Shown: in pieces, positions 56,188-64,000 of the stretch
Layout: each line of letters begins with the position of its first letter
How positions within the stretch are numbered: the first letter of the stretch is position 1
Translations under genes and position numbers: made by a program
The notes under the pieces: generated by a model
The model's database searches: none
What the model was told of the DNA's origin: nothing
What the model saw: only the letters and a program-made list of their open reading frames with translations
NCBI GenBank assembly: GCA_963693365.1
Contig: CAVNZM010000013.1
Span: forward strand, 5,260,640-5,324,639
Source of the DNA: Amoebidium appalachense
Lineage: Eukaryota > Protista > Ichthyosporea
Direction of reading: 5' to 3'
Length of the DNA: 64,000 bases

Positions 56188-56759
56188 CATCCCCCCACCC
56201 CACCCCACCCCCCTCCCCCCCACACCCCCCCCTCCCCAAGCAATGGCACCCATCCACCCCCTCATCCACCCCCCACCCACCCACATTACCACAACACCAC
56301 CACCAGCACCAGCACACCAACCACCCACCTCCCAATGTAATTGGTATCTCGACCGTCGTATGCCCTGCGCTCACACGTGCAACCTTCTGACCGATCTTTG
56401 AATCCAGCTCCACAGTCACGTCAATCGGACATTGTGGCAGATTCCCTTGCACCTGAATGTGAATGGGTGCAACGGACGCGAGGGAAGTGGAAGAGGAAGG
56501 AGTGGGACTGGTGGTCTTGGTGGTATTGGCGCTTGCTTGTCCGGGACGGGTGGGTTCAGTTCGTTTTGCTTGAGCCGTGTCTTTTGCCTGGCCATACTTT
56601 GGTGTTAACCTGGATACAGAGGTGGGCTGTCAGAATAGGAACTTTTGCCCGTCCCCCCCCTCCCCCCCCCCTCCCCTCCCCCCCCCAAACAAACACACAC
56701 GCACAGACACCACAACACACACACACACGTGTATACAAACTAACATGGTACACCAGCAT
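51073..56759 (-). CDS. Orphan membrane protein (~436 aa): beta-rich N-terminal region, TM, Pro/Thr-rich linker, short coiled coil, C-terminal TM
   Basis: Exons 56759-56745 (MLVYH; start uncertain), 56626-56329, 55474-55393, 54623-54466, 53587-53482, 52604-52462, 51581-51073; 1311 nt, all phases consistent. TM1 TAALLAVAVAAAACVGWGFY; TM2 GLSWALLSVAAAIWMLTM. No family recognised. Confidence 0.75.
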
Positions 56760-59379
56760 CGACCAAGATGTGAACACGCGTCACCGAGCCCACGGCTATT
56801 GCAGAACTGTTCTAAGAAGCGAAGTCTGTTTCTCTACAGCAAGTCAAAACAGCAAAAACTTCGCCAGTACTATTTCCCTGCCATGATATGTTTATGACCA
56901 GCAGATCTTGATTTCCATCTGAAATTTTGTATCTACTTAGTCCTTCTCTTCTTCCCGTTACCTATTCTTCGTGTCTTTATATCCCAAACTCTACCCACCT
57001 CACGTTTACAGACTGTGCCACCGACCGAGGTCTGACAGTGCTTGCCGTCCTGCTTGCCTTAATCTCCTGGCTTTTTCCATTGTGGCACATGCGTGTCGCT
57101 TGAAACACGGGTGGGATGCGAGAATGTCCCGTCACACCATAGCTCTGACTGCTCGATCTCTTGAAAAGAGTGGAAGAATGGCTATACTGCGCCCCCACTA
57201 TCTTTGAGAACGAAGGAATACGGAAGGAAGAGTAGGTAGAGGGAACACGGGATGCCGGAGGGCGACGCACGCACCCAAGTGGAAATATCATGTTGAGACG
57301 TTGCGCGCGGAAAACGTTATATAGAAATTTCTTGTAAAGGACTATGAGGCGTTCTTTGGATTATTTTACTACAAATCGGAACGAAAACAGGTGATAACTC
57401 GACTTTGAACCGATTTCACGTAAACAGGCTATGCTGCCACCCCTTTAAGTTTCCTAAGTGATGTAATGTATTTTGTTATCAATCTATAAAGATATGTCAA
57501 ATACTATACTGTTTTAATCAAACAGGTGTTAAAAGGGAAATAACCCTACTCAAGCCAAAAAGGCTCTGGCAAACCAAAAAAAAAAAAAGAGAAGGGAGAG
57601 AAAGGTAAGGAGGCGAACCTATTCCCAGAATAGTTGGCTTCTCCTTCACTCTACTGTGGCTACTCTCCTGTCGGTTTTCTTCCTATGTCCAAACCGTTCT
57701 CCCACCTTCTCCCCAAAAACTCTACACACAGGCACGCACACACACACACACACAGAGAGAGAGAGACACAGAGCTGACACAAAGAAAAAAGTTTGGGGAA
57801 GGGGCGATATGATCATGACAGGCACAAAATGACGTTCATCGGCCTTGACACGAAAAAGCGCAGAAAAAGCAGTGAGCCAAAGAGCACACCTTTCCAGAAT
57901 ATACAGCTTACCACAAATTTCGATCCGTTTGTCCGGTTTATCCCGAGAAAAATGGTCGAAAAAAGGCGGCCTCGGACTATCATGTTCATACAGTGCCTTC
58001 CATACAACAGGAACTAAAACTTTGCTATTAGCTTCTGCTATATAGCATGAAAATTCAAAATAAAGGATACCAATGAGGTATTTATTTTTCTTTTATTAGA
58101 GCACAGGGCAGTGAAGCATACTCACTTCGTCAATATTGTCGTAAAACGTCAGTTTTTTCGAGATATTTGGAAGATAATCTTCACTGATGCTTGGTAAGCC
58201 AATCATAAGTGTCGATCAGTCGCAGCGTTCCTATTCGATGGCGCTGAAACCAATAAAACTGAGACACATGTAGGTGTCAGTGGCCACTGAGCTCGAGTGC
58301 TGTCTCAGTCCCTGCGGCCTCTTTTTTTTTTTTTTTCTTTTTTTTTTTTTTTTGCTGCCGCAGGCGACAAGTAGGACCCAGCCACTTAGGTAAGCCAGCA
58401 GGTACAAAGCCTTGGAGACTAGGTGTCACCGTCACAGAACTTCGAACAGACTTTCAACAGCTTGGTTCAAAAGATTCGAATTCCTCACTTCTGAGACAGT
58501 TTCAAAATAGTAAGTAGTTGCTGGGCAGGACTCGACGGAAACACCCGTAGTGCACAACGCGAATCAAGTGTCAGTGTCACATTCTGGCATCATACAAAAC
58601 ATACAAGTGCACACGATCGCACATGCAGAAGCGCCAACCCTCACATCACCCCCCACACACAAGTGCAGACACAATGTTACACGTGTACATACATGTTGCA
58701 ACGTACACACACACATGTTTGGTTGCGATACACACCCGTGCATACACATGTACACACACATTCGGGGAGCCACATCTGTCAACACCACGGCCATCTGCTG
58801 TTCAAGATGGCCGTGGTCAACACACTGGCCGAGCGCACATTCGATCTCTTCGCACATGGTGCTCGAGCTCAGAGCACTCATATAGGACATGTGGCACACA
58901 CGTGCATAATACAAAGCTTGCATGTAGCTCTGGCACTATCGAGCGCAAGCTCATACAAACGAAACACTGTGTTGTATATTTTTTTTGTCATGCGCATGCA
59001 GGGAACACTTTTCATACGCACGTGCCAACTGCGTGAAGGAACCTTTAAAATCGAGCGATGGCCTGGTCTCTTCCTTTCACTCCTTCGAAATATTCTCTAA
59101 TCCTCACTTTCTCCCCCCCCCACCCACCCCACTAGGCATCAGCCCCTTCCCCCGTTCGGGGGTCCCTCAGCTCTTGGTCTCTCTCTTCCCTTTTACGCAA
59201 CACTAAATTTCTCTGATATATATGTATGTCGACGCTGTCGTCCCCCCCCTCCTCCCCCCCCCCCCCCCCCTCCCCCAGCCTCTTCCCCATCCCCAGGGCT
59301 GCCAGGGCCGGCGCCCCCCGAAATTTAAACCCGCCGGCGCCGGGGCTACAAACACACACACACACACACACACAACACG

Positions 59380-59430
<51 letters not shown>

Positions 59431-59434
59431 AGAA

Positions 59435-59510
<76 letters not shown>

Positions 59511-59560
59511 AGAGAGAGAGAGAGAGAGAGAGAGCCTGAGACAGAGAGGGGGGGGGGGGG

Positions 59561-59596
<36 letters not shown>

Positions 59597-59607
59597 AGAG
59601 AGCCTGA

Positions 59608-59665
<58 letters not shown>

Positions 59666-59690
59666 CGCGCACACATACACACACTGTGTG

Positions 59691-59725
<35 letters not shown>

Positions 59726-59734
59726 AATAAAAAC

Positions 59735-60090
59735 AGGGCCTAACCACATCAGCAGAAGAATCATCCTTTGTAGCATTGAAATATTCCGCATTGCAGAGGA
59801 TTCCGTCTGCAGAGTAGCTCTGCTTTTGCCGGATCATTTGAAGGCATTTGAAGGCTGAATGGTCCGACTCAACCAGAGACAGTACTCTGCTTTCACCAAG
59901 TTTCTTACTGCTGCCGCCAGCAGAATATTTTTGTTTTAAGTAGAAGGACAGTTCTACTTTTGTTGTTCTGCTTTTGTAGAATCACGTTCAGCTTTTGAAG
60001 TTCAAACTCTGCTAATGTGGCAGAACTCTCGAATCACTCTGCGTTTTGCAGAGTGATATGCTTTTTACAGGATGATTCTGCTTGATGTGA
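59735..60090. mobile_element. MITE-like non-autonomous DNA transposon relic with internal GCAGA/TCTGC repeats
   Basis: Left cacatcagcagaagaatcatcct matches the reverse complement of the right end (cacatcaagcagaatcatcct). Left terminus gggcctaaccaca is reminiscent of PIF/Harbinger ends. No target-site duplication identified. Confidence 0.55.
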
Positions 60091-60273
60091 GTTTATTCTG
60101 TTAAATAATTATTCGGGCAGTAGTTGGGCCTTACACACACATTGTGACTCGCGTGCGCGCACACACAAACACACAGTCACACACATGCACATACACGCAC
60201 GTGCGCGGGCGCACACTCGCGCACACACACACACGTATATACAGAAAAACACACACGCGCGCGCACACACAGA

Positions 60274-60356
<83 letters not shown>

Positions 60357-60615
60357 ATACACACGCATGTACACACGCACCGTGACACGCATACACGCAC
60401 ACACGCACACACGTCACACGCACACACACACACACAAGAAGACGTGGTGCTGCCTCAAAAGTGGGGAATATTGTATGTTCGTGCTGCATTGTGTGTGCGC
60501 GCGTGTACGTGTGTGACACTCTGTGCGTGTGTGTGAGCGTGTGCATGTGTGTGTGTGTGTGTGTGTACAGTGTGTGTGTGTATGTGCTTGTGTGTGTGTG
60601 TTTTGTCTTTCTCTT

Positions 60616-60651
<36 letters not shown>

Positions 60652-60673
60652 TGTGCGTGTGTGTGTGTGCGTG

Positions 60674-60748
<75 letters not shown>

Positions 60749-60822
60749 TGGTGGTGGTGGTGGTGATGGTGGTGGTGGGATCGGTGTATTTTTTTTTTCC
60801 TCAAGTTTTTCTTTCTTTTTTT

Positions 60823-60853
<31 letters not shown>

Positions 60854-62181
60854 AGCTACAACCAAAGCTCTAGCTCTAGGTGGCGTCTTCGAATGATTAT
60901 TATTGCCACCAGCTGAGCATATGATGGATAGCTAGTTCTATTAGGTAATCTGCCATGTCTGTCTGACGGGCTCAGTCAGTCTAGAAAGAAGGTTTATAGG
61001 AGGTCTGTCCCACGTGGCTGGTACCCACCACTAGGCAGCGGTACTGAATAAGACCTTAAATAACATAGGTTCAAATCAAAGCCTCTAGGCAATACATGCT
61101 CCATGTGATTGATATCTAACTGAAAAGACCTTTTGCTGTCGTTCCTCTATGTGCTATGAAATTGGACGCTACTTGAATAATAATGATCGACAAAGTTGAA
61201 AAGGCAGTCCGATTATTTGGCCAAGCACACGCGCCAGCAGGCGGTCCAGATATGTTAGATCTCTATACCTCATATTGAGGAAGCCTAGACTAAAAAAGGA
61301 CTTGATTTGCCGTTATATGCATGCCGTCGTATGTATGTATATTGGTGCTTGTGTGCCTGCTTTAACACGACTGAATTGAAGATGTTACCTATTTTCGAGT
61401 AGAGTCTCCAGTAAAAGGCCTGGCCAGCTGCATCATGATCATACATACATGTATATTGAAAGCGGCAGGAAGCGGATTCGAAGCAAGACGACAATATACA
61501 CGTATGTAATTCTCTGGCGCGTAGTGGCACCTAAGTTCTCATACAGCCAACGGAGACGTTTAATAAGCAAGGAAGAAACGTTTATATGTATGGATGGTCA
61601 GAAAGGTTTCTTCGGCGCCAGCAGTTTCAAATCGGAACGGTCTGGCAGAAGAAAGTTGATGGTGGTGCAGACAGAGCCAATGACAGATCTAGATCTATCC
61701 CCCTTGATGTTACTATCTCCTTTTTTATTTACATATCATATATTTCGCCTGAAAACTCCCTGTACATACGATTGTTAATCTAACTTATAGCTGTACATAT
61801 GTACATACTTTTTATTTTTATCTGCCTATATAGTTTACTAAAAAGGATATGGGTACGGGAGTAAAGTGTCTTTTTGAGGAATATATTGACTGAAATGTTT
61901 GTTCGAGATCTATCTAATGGGTTTGTCGTGACCGTTGCAACACAGATTCGGTGCGTACACATCCAATCATGGTAGAATTATGCTTTTGCCGCGCTCTTAG
62001 TAATTCACCCTATTCACCAAACAAATGGGCGCACTGCACTAACTTTTGCAGCTATATTTAGTTAGCGATTTTGATTGGCTTACTGAGGTAGTGCAATTGG
62101 TTTCTAGAGACCGTACTGAGCCGTGCGGACCTTCGTACGCGCCCGTACGGACGTCGACGGGTTTCGAACTCAGGTAGAGTG

Positions 62182-62806
62182 GGGCTTGTCCACACTGCGC
62201 TGATGCACTGGTTTCGGATTGACAGTCCATCGGAGCTCCGATTGACCACACTCGACCATATTTGGGTTTTTCGCAAGTCCATCCGATCGGAGCGTCCAGA
62301 CTGGTCACGGATTGACGGCAACGCTGGCGCTGTATTCAACATACTTTACAATGCTAGCGTACATATACTCTATAATATTTGTACATTATTTTTGATTTAA
62401 ATAAGAAGAGGTGCTTAGCTGACATGCTGCACGTCCAAAAAATAGTAAAACTAATTATGATGCAAGTATCTACGGTTTGTCAGTCAAGTCTGGGATGCCT
62501 AACGCGCGGTCCATTTTTGGCTATTTTCTTTGCAATTAGTTAATTGGTAAGTGCGAATAGACTAATTTGGTAAAGTACGGGATGATTGGTTTAGATTTTG
62601 CGCTGCACGTCAATCCGGGCCCGGATTGAAACGCCGATAGACTGGCAGTTAATCCGGGAGTCAATCCGAATTCGGATTGACTGGGTTCGGCCAAATTTGG
62701 CAAGCGCTGTCCATCGGACTCAGTGTGGACGCCAGATCGATTGGACTCCGATCCAAATTAGGCAGATTTGGTCAATCCGGAGCGTCAATCGGCGCAGTGG
62801 ACAGCC
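62182..62806. mobile_element. Degenerate non-autonomous DNA transposon (Harbinger-like ends) with subterminal CGGATTGA/TCAATCCG palindromes
   Basis: Left ggcttgtccacactgcgc vs right-end reverse complement ggctgtccactgcgc; degenerate inverted arms of ~100-150 bp. Palindromes tcaatccgggcccggattga and tcaatccgaattcggattga. No clear target-site duplication. Confidence 0.55.
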
Positions 62807-64000
62807 TAGCTACGGCCCGGGCACAAATTTGCTTTACATTTTTTTTTGTAGTACCTAATGAATGATCTGCTGATTTATAGGTAGAGTATACACACATAAA
62901 CTTAATATATGTAGAGCATAACCACTATAGACTTCATCACTTCAACGTACTTAGCATTAGACGTTTCGAGTCCTCTGGGAATAAAGGCCGCAAGGTCACA
63001 GAGGTCATGCTAATCATTGGCAAGTTCTACCACCAAACACCATTCTTAAAAGATTTTGCAATTAGAAGCCAAAAAGAATATTGATAGTGGCGCTACAAAC
63101 AACATAGGTTTTGATTAACCGCAACTGATCCATTCCCAGTGGATTTTCCTTTGCCAGTTTGTTTCTATTCCTATAGATCCCTTCACCCAACAACTGAACA
63201 CACCCGTGCTGGCTTTTTTTTGATCCGGCACGGGAATCGTCGTAGTAGGAAATCAGCGCAAAATGCTGTTACAATAGTTATACAATAGTGAACTACAGCA
63301 AATAAATTAACTCTCCTATTAGATTTATTTATTTACGAGAATGTCGATACAAATAGCAGATCCGGGTGCAGGACTGACAGTGGATCAGTGTGTCTTGCTC
63401 ATGGTGAGTAGAATTTGCCCAAAACAAGTCGCCCAAACTCATACACGCACCCACGCACGCACACGCGCACAACCAGCATGATTTCCTTGCCGGGCTTTCC
63501 TTTCCATGCGCCCCCCCCCCCCCCCCCCCCCCCCCCGCAAAAAAACAAAACAAAAAACAACAAACCCCCCTCCCCCTCCCCCCCTCCCCCCTCCCCCCAC
63601 GTGCACACACACACGCACACACACACAAACACACACAAACATTCATTCATTATATATAATCGCAAGTATATACTACAACTGCAACTGCCCAAAAGCCAGC
63701 CCCCCGTCCCTTGCCTTGCAGTCACCATCACGATCAGTGGGTGCCACTAGTCGACACACCCACAATTCAGCAAGCATCTCAGAGTCCTGATTTTAGATGT
63801 GCTGTTACAGGCACAAGCACCCCCGGCACCTGGTGATATGGCATGCCTCACACTCACACGGGCCTTGTGATGCACACGTACCACACACACACATACGTTG
63901 ACGTTCACGGCTAGATGTACACCGTCACACACAAACGAACAACCATACACCAACGGACGTGTGCACACCAGCGCATGGACACATACACAAACACACACGC

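Noticed and set aside
58784-58830. Helitron 3' end (hairpin plus CTRR)
   Set aside because: The CTGG is not followed by T and no 5' TC end or second copy is visible.
61060-61090. tRNA T-loop-like GGTTCAAATC
   Set aside because: No cloverleaf stems or A-box around it; no tRNA, rRNA or snRNA gene was recognised anywhere in the window.
63341-63832. Start of a plus-strand gene (MSIQIADPGAGLTVDQCVLLM|gtgagt ... ttgcag|)
   Set aside because: Splice sites look good, but the in-phase join stops after ~22 further codons and no homology is recognisable; may be UTR or non-coding exons.

Overview
Eukaryotic genomic DNA, probably a unicellular opisthokont or other protist (inferred from gene content, not verified). 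Its spliceosomal introns are packed with poly-C/poly-G runs and (CA)n/(CT)n microsatellites, so most of the ORF track is repeat-derived noise. Splicing by hand gives four phase-consistent multi-exon genes: SDA1 (minus, runs off the left edge), a 281-aa multi-TM putative metal-dependent hydrolase of a plant-type family (plus), augmin subunit HAUS3 (plus, 17 exons, 601 aa) and a 436-aa orphan membrane protein (minus). There is also an intronless type-I membrane protein with a polybasic furin-like site and an intronless low-complexity gene broken by three frameshifts. The most notable locus is at ~47.7-48.5 kb: a TATA-led, signal-peptide-like leader followed by five tandem copies of a ~12-aa peptide (DSYDPPPAWFNM and variants) bounded by basic sites. 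This is the architecture of a Kex2/PC-processed neuropeptide-, pheromone- or RiPP-type precursor. Several MITE-like elements, fold-back inverted repeats and minisatellites are also present.
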